Assembly: GCA_963844245.1 (NCBI GenBank) | Contig: CAWJNJ010000010.1 | Location: 260,209-324,208, forward strand | Source of the DNA: an uncultured Acidobacteriota bacterium | Lineage (GTDB): Bacteria; Acidobacteriota; Vicinamibacteria; Vicinamibacterales; 2-12-FULL-66-21 | DNA: 64,000 nt | Direction: 5' to 3' | Shown here: in pieces, positions 43,599 through 52,864 of the stretch | Position numbering within the stretch: position 1 is the stretch's first letter | Layout of the letters: each line of letters begins with the position of its first letter | Made by a program: the position numbers and the translations under genes | Notes under the pieces: generated by a model | Databases searched by the model: none | Told to the model about the DNA's origin: nothing | The model's input: only the letters and a program-made list of their open reading frames with translations

Positions 43599-44321
43599 GT
43601 GATCGCCGCCGTCCGCTCGATTCTCACCTACGTGGCCGTTTCCCTGTACGTGCTGCTGATCGGGACGCCCTTCGTTCTGATTGCGATCCTCTTTCGGCAA
43701 GTGCCCTTGCTCTACCAGATCGGCCTCGGCGGCGTGAAGCTCGGACGCGTTCTGAGCGGTGTGACAGTGCGGATCGAGGGTGAGGAAAACCTCCTTCGCG
43801 ACCGCGCCGCCGTCTACGCCGTCAACCACGCCAGCAATCTGGAGCCACCGATCCTGTACTACGCCCTGTCCCCGCTCTTTCCGCGGCTGCGCGTGGTCTA
43901 CAAGGCGGAACTTCGGAAGCTGCCGGTGCTCGTCAATGCCTGGGACCTCGCCGGGTTCATTCCGCTCGAACGCGGCAATCCCGAACAGAGTCTTCCGGCC
44001 ATCGACCGCGCCGCCGAAGCGTTGCGCGAGGGCAATTCATTCCTCATCTTTCCCGAGGGGACGAGAAGCCGGACCGGCAAGCTCTTGCCCTTCAAGAGGG
44101 GTGGGTTCATCATGGCGTTGAAGGGGCAGGCGCCGGTCGTTCCGGTAGCCATCTCCGGGGCGAGAGACGCCATGCACAAAGGGAGTTACGTCATTCAGCC
44201 GGTCACCGTCACGGTGAGGTTCGGGGCTCCCGTGGAAACCGCCGGGATGTCGATCGACCAGCGTGACGAACTGGCGTCGATCGTGCGAGCACGTGTCGAG
44301 CAGCTGCTCGAGGAGGGCTAG
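43599..44321 (+). CDS. plsC: 1-acyl-sn-glycerol-3-phosphate acyltransferase
   Basis: AVNHASNLEPP (HX4D/E-type block I), FPEGTRSRTGKL and VPVAISG. The start is GTG 43599 or TTG 43593, just after the terminator. The track start 43536 lies inside the terminator. Confidence 0.85.
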   Translation: MIAAVRSILTYVAVSLYVLLIGTPFVLIAILFRQVPLLYQIGLGGVKLGRVLSGVTVRIEGEENLLRDRAAVYAVNHASNLEPPILYYALSPLFPRLRVVYKAELRKLPVLVNAWDLAGFIPLERGNPEQSLPAIDRAAEALREGNSFLIFPEGTRSRTGKLLPFKRGGFIMALKGQAPVVPVAISGARDAMHKGSYVIQPVTVTVRFGAPVETAGMSIDQRDELASIVRARVEQLLEEG

Positions 44322-44324
44322 GCG

Positions 44325-44935
44325 ATGGAATGGATTGCGACGCTCGGCCGGACCATGGGGTTCTCGTTCGCGGCCGGGATCAATCTGTACGCCACGGTCG
44401 CCATTCTCGGGCTCGCCAGCCGCTACAACTGGGTGACGCTGCCATCGCAGTACCAGGCGTTCGACAACGATTTCATCATCGCGACCGCGCTCACCCTTTA
44501 TGTCATCGAGTTCGTGGCCGACAAGATCCCGTGGTTCGACTCCATCTGGGACACCGTCCACACCGCGATCCGTCCTCTTGGTGGCGCGGTGATTGCGGTG
44601 ACGACCCTGGGTGAGGCGACGCCGACGACCGAGGTTCTCGTCGGTCTCCTCGGCGGCGCCCTGGCGGCCGGTACTCACTTCACCAAGGCGGGCACGCGCG
44701 CGATGGCGAACACCAGTCCCGAGCCGTTCTCGAACTGGATCCTCAGTCTCGGCGAAGACGCCTTCGTGATCGGCCTCGGCGTCGTGGCGCTGAAGTATCC
44801 CGTCATCGCCGCCGGCGTGGTCATCGTGGGCGTGATCTTTATCGCGCTCTTCGCCACCGATCCTCTTCAGGGCAATCCGCAAACGCTGGCTACGGCCGAG
44901 GCCGCTCATCCCTTACCTCCCAGTACCGAAGGTAA
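44325..44935 (+). pseudogene. DUF4126-family membrane protein. 3' end unresolved (probable frameshift near 44853-44860)
   Basis: FVADKIPWFDSIWDTVHTAIRP and NTSPEPFSNWILSLGEDA are typical DUF4126 blocks. After ...VIFIALFA the +1 frame gives a family-like basic tail (PILFRAIRKRWLRPRP). The track ORF instead runs on to 45230, antisense to the convergent gene. The end coordinate is approximate. Confidence 0.55.
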
Positions 44936-46095
44936 GCGTCCACGGCTTCAGGAATTGGCGATCCAGCGTGGCGATCCCCTCCATGAGCTCGACTCTTACC
45001 TGCTGGAACGGCTCAAGCGGTTTGGCAAACTTGATCTCGATCGCGTGGGTGGCGTCGATGTAGGTCGCCGCGAACACCGGCGGGGGAGGCGGTGCCGGGC
45101 CACCCTCGCGCGCGACATAGGTGATGCGCACGCGATCGCGAATGGACCGGGGATCCATGTCCACCGAGAACTGGATGCGCACGGGGGACGGAGCGATCGA
45201 CGTCGGTGTCGTCAGGGATCGGCGCACTGAAGCTGACCTCCGGCGCCGGGGCGGCTGGCGCATCGGGCAGCATCACTTCGACGGGGCTGTCTTCGGGCGC
45301 CGCCGCCAGGGCGATCGCGGTTGCCTCGAGGTAGGTCGTCGCGCCTTCCTGCTTGACTACGCCAGTGACCTCGACCCAGCGGCCCGTATCGACGCGCTTG
45401 CCGGGATCGAGGTCGAAGTCCTTGCCGCGCGGCCGGACGCCGGTGACCCACAGCGCGCCCTCGGCTGATTGGATGACGAAGTCCCACTTCCCCTTGGCGA
45501 GTGCCTGGGGCAGGTCGCCATAGAGATTGCGGCCTTTGAACCGTCCGATGACCTTCACGGTCTGGTCGACGAAGCGGTCCGGCGCGAGGGCGATGGCCCG
45601 GACGGTGGGTGTGCGCGGGATCGATGCGGGTGTGAAGGTGGCGCCGAGGATCACGAAGATCTGGTCGCGTGCCGGCCAGCGCCCGCGGTTGGCCGCTTCG
45701 AGCAGACGGGTGAAGTCGTAGCCGGCAAATCGCCCATCGCCGGCTTCGAGCCGGCCCAGGTCCCAGAATTCGCCGCGGACCTGGCCTTCGGCCCCGTCGC
45801 CGCCCCCGCGATCCTTCCAAAGCACGTAGATCGGCTTCGGCGCGTTGGCCAGCCGGGTCAGGTCGCCCTCGACGACCAGCTTCTGTTGCAGCGTGACGCT
45901 GCGGCCGTGAAAGAACACAGCCGAGCCGAGCAGCATCTCGACCGTCGTGGCGACGCGCTGTGTCTGGGCCGTCATCGAAGCGGCGGCCAGGACCACCAGC
46001 GCCGCAATTTCAGTCAACCTTCTTCTGGCCGACCTTTGTGAGAATGACGGACGCTTCGGCGCCGGGGATGAAGCCATGGCCAAACAGGATCGCAT
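44913..46095 (-). pseudogene. Hypothetical exported protein with a C-terminal Ig-like (SbsA_Ig/Big_5-like) domain. Frameshift in a G5 run at 45183-45187
   Basis: Signal-like N-terminus (RRRLTEIAALVVLAAASMTAQ). The ORF 45013-46095 tail turns to junk after ...PIPDDTDVDRSVP. Removing one base continues VRIQFSVDMDPRSIRDRVRITYV...LTFGTGR (ORF 44913-45263). Confidence 0.6.
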
Positions 46096-46102
46096 AAAGC
46101 AC

Positions 46103-46213
46103 CGTGCGACGTGCTATGTGCGACGTGCGATGTGCGACGTGCGACGTGCGGTGCTACGTGCGAGGTGCGACGTGGCGGCTACGTGCTACGTGCGAGGTGC
46201 GGGGCGCACGTGC
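46103..46213 (+). repeat. Tandem heptamer array (YGTGCGA x7, then degenerate), with a 19-nt direct repeat and a terminal GCACGTGC palindrome
   Basis: Units read CGTGCGA CGTGCTA TGTGCGA CGTGCGA TGTGCGA CGTGCGA CGTGCGG ... The 19-mer gtgctacgtgcgaggtgcg occurs at 46151-46169 and 46183-46201. GCACGTGC is at 46206-46213. The array lies in the divergent intergenic region between the exported-protein gene and rex. Confidence 0.75.
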
Positions 46214-46223
46214 TTTAATGCGT

Positions 46224-46242
46224 TTGTGAAGCGCGAGCACAA
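46224..46242 (+). promoter_or_regulatory. Rex-operator-like inverted repeat TTGTGAA-GCGCG-AGCACAA
   Basis: The left half is a perfect TTGTGAA. The right half matches TTCACAA in 5 of 7 positions. It lies just upstream of, or overlaps, the rex start. Confidence 0.5.
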
Positions 46243-46261
46243 GCAGCCGGAACAAACGGTC

Positions 46262-46909
46262 TTGCGTGAGAGCAGCGAGCCGGTCTCGGAGCTGACGACC
46301 AACCGTCTGTCGGTCTACCTCCGTTGCCTCAACGTGCTCGACGCGGCCGGCGTGCGGACGGTCTCGTCACAGTCCATGGCCGAGCAGTTTCATCTCAACG
46401 CCGCGCAGATCCGCAAGGACCTTGCCTATTTCGGCGAGTTCGGCGTCCGCGGCGTCGGCTACTACGTCAAGGAACTCCGCCGGCACCTTCGCCAGATCCT
46501 GGGGATCGATCGGGGCGTCTGCGTGGCGATCATGGGTGCGGGCAACCTCGGACTCGCCCTGGCGGACTATCCCGGGTTCCGCGACGAGGGCTTCGAGATC
46601 GTCGCCATGTTCGACCAGTCCCGCGACAAGATCGGTCACAGGTCGCGCGCCGGCGTGCCCATCTATGACATCCGGGACCTGCGCAAGATCGTCCGCCGCG
46701 AGCGCATCCAGATTGCTGTCGTTGCCGTTCCCGCTGCCGCAGCTCAGACCGTCGTCAATACCGTTGCATCCGCAGGGATCAAGGCCGTGCTGAATTTTTC
46801 TCCAGGGGCGATCCGGGTTCCGGACGGGATCAAGCTGAAAAACATGGACCTGACGGTATCGCTCGAGAGTCTTTCGTTCTTCCTGGCACAAAGTGAGGAC
46901 AGGCCGTGA
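46262..46909 (+). CDS. rex: Redox-sensing transcriptional repressor Rex
   Basis: [12 protein letters not shown]...[36 protein letters not shown]...[16 protein letters not shown]...AVLNFSP. The start is uncertain (TTG 46262 or GTG 46226). The track start 45947 reads through the heptamer array. Confidence 0.85.
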   Translation: MRESSEPVSELTTNRLSVYLRCLNVLDAAGVRTVSSQSMAEQFHLNAAQIRKDLAYFGEFGVRGVGYYVKELRRHLRQILGIDRGVCVAIMGAGNLGLALADYPGFRDEGFEIVAMFDQSRDKIGHRSRAGVPIYDIRDLRKIVRRERIQIAVVAVPAAAAQTVVNTVASAGIKAVLNFSPGAIRVPDGIKLKNMDLTVSLESLSFFLAQSEDRP

Positions 46910-47385
46910 CGAAGAAGCTGACGCACGTGGGGCCCGACGGCGCGCCCCGCATGGTCGACGTGTCGACCAAGGACGTGACCGCGCGCGAAGCCGTTGCGCG
47001 CGGCCGCATCATCATGTCGAAAGCTGCCGCCACGCTCGCTTCATCCGGCGGAGGCAAGAAAGGTGATCCCATCCAGACGGCGCGGCTGGCCGGGATCATG
47101 GCGGCGAAACGGACGGCCGACCTGATCCCGCTTTGTCATCCTCTCCAGCTCTCGTTCGTCGATGTTGTCCTGACCCCTCGCCGGGACGGGTTTGAGATCG
47201 AAGCGCGCGTGCGCACGAACGGCCCGACGGGTGTGGAGATGGAAGCGTTGACGGCCGTGTCGGTCGCGGCCCTGACGATCTACGACATGGTCAAAGCCGT
47301 GGACAAGGCGATGGAGATCGGCGCCATTCGCCTGGTCGAGAAGCGGGGTGGACGTTCGGGTGACTATCGCGCGCCACGCTCCTGA
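46906..47385 (+). CDS. moaC: Cyclic pyranopterin monophosphate synthase
   Basis: [54 protein letters not shown] and [21 protein letters not shown]. The GTG start overlaps the rex stop as GTGA. Confidence 0.95.
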   Translation: MTKKLTHVGPDGAPRMVDVSTKDVTAREAVARGRIIMSKAAATLASSGGGKKGDPIQTARLAGIMAAKRTADLIPLCHPLQLSFVDVVLTPRRDGFEIEARVRTNGPTGVEMEALTAVSVAALTIYDMVKAVDKAMEIGAIRLVEKRGGRSGDYRAPRS

Positions 47386-47391
47386 AGCACC

Positions 47392-48376
47392 GTGAGGATC
47401 CTCGTCGCTCTCTACAGCCCGGTCGCGGCATGGAATATCCCGCCGGAACACGTCGAGCGCCTGCGGACGGCGTTTCCACAGCACGCGTTCGATCACGCCA
47501 GGAGTGAAGAGGAGGCGCTCGCGTCAGCGCCGATGGCCGACGTCGCTTTCATGGCCGAGTTGCGTCCCGCACACTTTGCCGCGGCTCGACACCTTCGCTG
47601 GATTCACAGTTCCGCGGCGGGTGTCGGCAACATGTTGTTTCCGGAACTGGTCCACTCCGACGTGGTGTTGACCAACTCGAGTGGGGTCAGTGCGGACCCG
47701 ATCGCGGAGCACGTCGTTGGCCTCACCCTCGCGCTCTTCCGCAAATTTCCGGACGCCTTCCGCAGCCAGGCCGCGCGGCACTGGGCACAGAACGATATGG
47801 TCGCACCGCCGCCACTGCGCCATGTGCAGGGTTCGCATGTGCTGATTGTCGGGCTCGGCAGCATTGGCGCGGCCTGCGCATGGCGATTCGCCGCACTCGG
47901 GGCCGAGGTCACGGCGATTCGTCGACGATTGGATCGGCCGACGCCACCAGGGGTCAGCCATGTCGCCAGCGCAGAACATCTGCACCAGTTACTGCCCCAC
48001 GCGGACGTGGTGGTGATCAGCGCCGCACAAACGGGAGCAACCCGCGGATTGATCGGCCAGGCCGAGCTGTCGCTGATGCGCCCGAACGCGATCCTCATCA
48101 ATGTCAGCCGTGGGAAGCTCGTCGACGAACGAGCGTTGATCTTCGCCCTGCAACAGGGAACCATCGGTGGCGCCGGATTCGACGTATTCGCGCACGAACC
48201 GCTGGCACCGGAGAGTCCGCTTCTGGACGCTCCCAAACGTGATCATCACTCCGCATATGTCGGGCTTCCGACCGGATCACTGGGATGCCGTGACGACGCT
48301 CTTCGCCGAGAATCTGCAGCGCCTCGACCGTGGTGAGCCGCTCCAGAACGTCGTCGATAAGACCGCCGGCTATTAG
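47392..48376 (+). pseudogene. D-isomer-specific 2-hydroxyacid dehydrogenase family protein. Frameshift near 48223
   Basis: VLIVGLGSIGAACAWRFAALGAEV (NAD-binding) and LINVSRGKLVDERAL. The tail changes from ...EPLAPESPL to junk, while the +1 frame gives WTLPNVIITPHMSG...LQNVVDKTAGY. Confidence 0.8.
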
Positions 48377-48395
48377 CCCGTATAATCCGGCCAAC

Positions 48396-50223
48396 GTGAC
48401 CAACACAGACGCCGCGCCGGATGTCCGCACCATTGCCGATCTCCCCTTTTTCAACATGGGGCGGTTCCCGAAGCCGATGATCATGGGCCGCTGTCAGGGC
48501 GGCACGATCGAGGGGATCGGGACGAAGGACCTGTTCGAACGGATCCGCGACCTGGCGCTCGGCTTCGGCTCGCTCGGCGTCACGAGCGGCGATCGCGTTG
48601 CGATCATGTCGGAGAGCCGGCCCGAGTGGGTGATGAGCGACATGGCCCTGCTCTCGCTCGGCGCCGTCGTCGTTCCCATCTATCCGACGCTGTCCGCTGC
48701 GATGGCACGGTACATCCTCGAGGACGCCGGCGCGCGACTCGCGGTGGTGTCGACGAAGCTGCAGCTCGAGAAGGTGCAGGAGGTCCGCCACCTCCTGCCG
48801 GCGCTCGAAGCCGTCATCGTGTTGGACGTCGTGGACGGCGGCGCCGCCGGTGCGTCGGTCATGAGCCTGAACGACGTGGCCGGTCGGGGCCACGCGCGGA
48901 TGACAGGGGAGTGGGGCGCGGGCAAAGAGTTCAAGGACCGTGCGCGGGCCGTGGATCCGGCGCAGCTGGCCACGATCATCTACACCTCAGGCACGACCGG
49001 CGAACCGAAGGGCGTGATGCTGACGCACGCCAACCTGGTGTCGAACCTGTTCGCCGCGCGCGACATCCTGCAACTCACATCCGACGACATCGCGCTGTCG
49101 TTCCTGCCTCTGAGCCACGGCTTTGAGCGGATGGCGTCGTTCCTCTACCTGTTCACCGGCGCGACGATGATTTTCGCCGAGTCGTTCGACACGATTGGTC
49201 GTGATATCGGGCTGGTGCGGCCGACCATGGTCACAGGCGTTCCGCGTGTCTACGAGAAGATGCAGGCCCGGATACTGGAGAAGGCAGCCGCGGCGACCGG
49301 GCGCCAAGGGTGCGCTGTTCAAGTGGGGCCTGGCGGTCGCGACTCGTAAGGCCAAGGCGCAATTGCGCGGAAAGCGAGCCGGCCCGCTCACTGCCGTCCA
49401 GGCCAGCGTCGCCGACCGCCTGGTGTTTTCGAAAGTCAGGGCGGGTGTCGGTGGACGGCTTCGCTATGCCGTGTCGGGCAGCGCACCGCTGCCGGTGAGC
49501 GTGATGGAGTTCTTCACGGCGATCGGCATGCCGATCATCGAGGGCTATGGCCTGACCGAGACCGCGCCCATTCTCACCGTGAACCCGCCAGATGCGCTGC
49601 GCGCCGGCAGCGTCGGCCGGCCGGTCCGAGACGTCGAGATCCGCATCGCCGAGGATGGCGAAATCCTCGCACGCGGTGCGAACATCATGGCCGGCTACTA
49701 CAACAAGCCTGACGCCACCGCCGAAGTGCTGCGCGACGGCTGGTTCCACACCGGTGACATCGGCACGTTCAACGAGGAAGGCTACCTTTCGATCACCGAC
49801 CGAAAGAAGGACCTGCTCGTCACGTCGGGCGGGAAGAAAATCGCTCCGCAGCCGATCGAGAACACGATGAAACGCAGTCCGCTGGTCGCGGAAGCCGTTG
49901 TCCTCGGCGACCGTCGAAACTTCGCCGCGGCCCTGATCATCCCCGACTTCGCTGCGCTCGAACGTCGCCTCAAAGACCTCGGCCGCCCGCCGGCGGGCAG
50001 CCGTGAAGAGCTCCTCGAACGGGATGATGTGAAGGGCCTCTACGACGAGATCATCGCCGGCCTCAATCGCGAGTTGTCGCAGTACGAGCGCATCAAGAAA
50101 TTCGCACTGCTGCCGAAAGAGTTCTCAATCGAAACCGGCGAGCTCACTCCGACCCTGAAGGTTAAGCGCAAAGTGGTCGAAGAGAAGTACAGAGACTTGA
50201 TCGAGTCTCTCTACACGAAGTAA
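48396..50223 (+). pseudogene. Long-chain fatty-acid--CoA ligase (AMP-binding), frameshift in a G3 run at about 49300
   Basis: IIYTSGTTGEPKGVMLTHANL (AMP-binding signature) and GYGLTETAP, WFHTGDIG, ITDRKKDLLVTSGGKKIAPQPIE. The junction reads ILEKAAAATG followed by AKGALFKWGLA. The GTG start at 48396 sits 9 nt after a perfect TATAAT (48381-48386). Confidence 0.85.
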
Positions 50224-50228
50224 CACAG

Positions 50229-50321
50229 TCAAATCCCAACTACCAACTTCCAAAATCCAAACAAAGTCGGTCGAGCCAATCAGGACGGCTTGGGAGTTGG
50301 AAGTTGGGAGTTGGAAGTTGA
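50229..50321. repeat. 32-nt-arm imperfect hairpin built from tandem heptamers (CCAACTN / TTGGRAG), between convergent stops
   Basis: Left arm units are CCAACTA CCAACTT CCAAAAT CCAAACA. Right arm units are TTGGGAG TTGGAAG TTGGGAG TTGGAAG. 26 of 32 positions are complementary by hand alignment, with a 29-nt loop. Confidence 0.7.
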
Positions 50322-50331
50322 CTGCGCCGCC

Positions 50332-51198
50332 TCACATCTCAGAGGGCGGCGGCTCGATGTGAATGATCGCGTCCTTGATCTGGGGAAAGGCGTCGAGGAT
50401 GCGGTCTTTGACGACGTGGGACAGGCGGTGGGCCTCGTGCAGTGACATCGCGCCGCTGAACCAGACGTGCAGGTCGAGGAAGATGTGGTCAGAGGAGCCG
50501 CGGGACCGGATGTGATGGCAGCCGGCGACTTCCGGCACCCCCATGACCACCGTGCGAATGTCGGCCTCGTTGAGCGCAACGCGGTCGGCCAGGATGTGCG
50601 AGGTGTCGCGCGCGACCTGCCAGCCGGTACGGGCGATGAAGGCCGCGATGATGAGGCCGCCGACTGGATCGAGCACCGGGTAGCCGAGGCTGACGGCGAG
50701 CAGCGACAGCAGCACCGCGCACGACGTGAACACGTCGCTTTGCGTGTGCATCGCGTCGGCCATCAGCAATTCGCTGTTGAGGCTTCTGCCTTCCCGCCGT
50801 TCGTAGCGCACGACCACGAGATTGACCGCGATCGTCACGATCATCACCGCGAAGCTCCAGCGGTTGATCTGGGGCGATCCGCCCGCCGACAGGCGGGTCA
50901 GGGCCGTGCGCGCGACTTCGATCACCGCCAGCAGCAGGAAGACGAAAATGCCGGCGGCCGCCAGCGTTTCAAATTTCCGGTGGCCGTAGGGGTGATCCTC
51001 GTCGGGAGGTTTGCGGGAGGCGCGCGTGCCCACCAGCCCCATGATGTTGGCGGCCGAATCGGTGAGGGAGTGAAAGCCGTCCGAGATCATGCTGACGGCG
51101 CCGGTGGCGTATCCAAACGACAGCTTCGCCCCGGCAACCGCCAGGTTCAGGAACAGAACGCGGAGGAGAACGCGCGAAACCGCGCCGTGTCGGTTCAG
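50332..51198 (-). CDS. Cation diffusion facilitator (CDF) family transporter. Probable non-canonical CTG start
   Basis: SMISDGFHSLTDSAAN, HPYGHRKFE, ADAMHTQSDV and the C-terminal domain IHIEP. The first ATG (51090) would delete TM1 (RVLLRVLFLNLAVAGAKLSFGYATGAV), which is in frame upstream. The only in-frame start-like codon is CTG at 51196-51198, overlapping the lepB stop as CTGA. Confidence 0.75.
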   Translation of the reverse strand: MNRHGAVSRVLLRVLFLNLAVAGAKLSFGYATGAVSMISDGFHSLTDSAANIMGLVGTRASRKPPDEDHPYGHRKFETLAAAGIFVFLLLAVIEVARTALTRLSAGGSPQINRWSFAVMIVTIAVNLVVVRYERREGRSLNSELLMADAMHTQSDVFTSCAVLLSLLAVSLGYPVLDPVGGLIIAAFIARTGWQVARDTSHILADRVALNEADIRTVVMGVPEVAGCHHIRSRGSSDHIFLDLHVWFSGAMSLHEAHRLSHVVKDRILDAFPQIKDAIIHIEPPPSEM

Positions 51199-52046
51199 AA
51201 TGTTCGTGCTTCAGGCACCGGCCACCAGCGCAGCTGCACGCGGCCGATGATGTACTTCTTGGGAACGTAACCCCAATGGCGGCTGTCGGAGCTGTTGGTG
51301 CGGTGATCGCCCATGACGAAGTAGTAGCCCTCGGGGATCACAACCGGGCCGTAATCGTCGTGGCCCCGAAATTCCGCGGGCACGAACGAATCGTCGACTG
51401 GAGCTTCGTTGACGAAGACCTTGCCGTCCACCATCCGCACGGTCTGCCCTTCGCCGGCAATGACGCGCTTGACGAAGGACTTCTTCGGGTTGTTCGGATA
51501 GTAGAGCATGACGATGTCGCCGAGCTGAGGCTCGCCGATGTGCGTCAGGTAGACGAACTTGTTGACGATGAGGCGGTCCTGGTCCTGGAGCGTGGGCGAC
51601 ATGCTCTGGCCTTCGACGCGCGCGACCTGGAAACCGAAGGTCACGATCAGCGTCGCGTAGACCGCGGCCGACGCGAGCGTTTTGAGCCACGCGACGAATT
51701 CGTCGACCAGCCGGCTCGAAAGCGATGCGCCGTCGCCACCGTCGGCGCGGACACGGCCGAAATCCCCGGCGACGACGGGTAGTGGTTCGAGCGGCGCCGG
51801 AGCGGCGTCGATGTGAAGCGGACGCTCGGCGTAGCCCAGGCGGTCTTCGTACGCCGGATAGGCATCCGGCGCGGCCGACGGTGCCACGGGCAAGGGCTCG
51901 GGCGAGAATGTCAGCGGCTCAGGCGCGGCCTCGCGGTGCGCCGGGATCTCGTGCGGAGCCGGGGGTGCCGGCTCCACGGGGAGCGGCGCCGGGTCGAATC
52001 GCTCGGGTGCGGGGGGCGTGTTGTACGGATCGTTCGAATCGCTCAT
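51195..52046 (-). CDS. lepB: Signal peptidase I with a Pro/Ala-rich N-terminal extension of about 115 aa
   Basis: VEGQSMSPTL (catalytic Ser), VKRVIA (catalytic Lys box) and GDHRTNSSDSRHWGYV. The ATG overlaps the upstream stop as ATGA. Confidence 0.9.
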   Translation of the reverse strand: MSDSNDPYNTPPAPERFDPAPLPVEPAPPAPHEIPAHREAAPEPLTFSPEPLPVAPSAAPDAYPAYEDRLGYAERPLHIDAAPAPLEPLPVVAGDFGRVRADGGDGASLSSRLVDEFVAWLKTLASAAVYATLIVTFGFQVARVEGQSMSPTLQDQDRLIVNKFVYLTHIGEPQLGDIVMLYYPNNPKKSFVKRVIAGEGQTVRMVDGKVFVNEAPVDDSFVPAEFRGHDDYGPVVIPEGYYFVMGDHRTNSSDSRHWGYVPKKYIIGRVQLRWWPVPEARTF

Positions 52047-52864
52047 AGCCTCAGATACTCCCGCAGCCGCTTCGTCTGCGAGCGGCTGACGGGGATTTCC
52101 GTGCCTTTCGCATCCTTCATCTTCAGCAGGTAATTCCGGCTGAACCAGGGCACGATTTCCTTGATCTTATTGATATTCACCAGGTGCGAGCGGTGGACTC
52201 GCCAGAATATCGCCGGATCGAGCCGCGCCTGCAGTTCATCCAGTGTCCGATAGTTAGACGTTCCAGACAAGCTGTTCGTTACGACGGTGATCAGATCGTC
52301 TTCGACCGAGGCATGGACGACGTCATCGGCGTGGACGAGGAGGAAGCGGTCGCTGACCTTGATCGCCAGCTGCTCCCGGACGTCCTGGCGCTCGGCCAGG
52401 AGCTTGAGCAGCCGTCCAATATCGCCGGATGGCTCGGTTCGAGAGAAGGGCCGGTCGGTCTGGATCCGTTTCCGGACCCGGTCGACCGCGGTGCCGAGGC
52501 GCTCGGACTCCACCGGTTTCAGCAGGTAGTCCACGGCGTTGATTTCGAACGCCTCGATGGCATGGCGGTCAAACGCGGTGACGAACACGAGCTGCGGCTC
52601 CGAGCCGTTTTCGACCAGCCGGCGCGCCACCTCGAAACCGGTGAGGCCCGGCATCTGGATGTCGAGCATCACCAGGTCGGGGCTCTGCTCCTCGATCACC
52701 GCGAGCGCTTCGAGGCCGTCGGAAGCCTGCCCGACGACCTGCACGCCGCCCACCAGGCCGAGGAGGTAACACAGCTCCTCGCGGGCCAGCTGCTCATCGT
52801 CCACTACCACCGCTCGAAGCGGGGGATAGGGGTCGGCGATGGCCAGCCCTCGTTCGTTGATCAT
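52043..52864 (-). CDS. Two-component response regulator, LytTR DNA-binding domain
   Basis: Receiver domain (VVVDDE...DLVMLDIQMPGLTGFEV) plus a LytTR domain (RVHRSHLVNINKIKEI). ATGA overlap with the upstream kinase gene. Confidence 0.9.
   Translation of the reverse strand: MINERGLAIADPYPPLRAVVVDDEQLAREELCYLLGLVGGVQVVGQASDGLEALAVIEEQSPDLVMLDIQMPGLTGFEVARRLVENGSEPQLVFVTAFDRHAIEAFEINAVDYLLKPVESERLGTAVDRVRKRIQTDRPFSRTEPSGDIGRLLKLLAERQDVREQLAIKVSDRFLLVHADDVVHASVEDDLITVVTNSLSGTSNYRTLDELQARLDPAIFWRVHRSHLVNINKIKEIVPWFSRNYLLKMKDAKGTEIPVSRSQTKRLREYLRL

Noticed and set aside
44936-45230. 3' extension of the DUF4126 ORF
   Set aside because: It would overlap the convergent exported-protein gene by about 300 nt. 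The sequence after ...IALFA no longer resembles the family. A frame change is more likely.
46103-46213. Possible CRISPR array
   Set aside because: The period is only 7 nt, there are no unique spacers, and there are no cas genes in the window.
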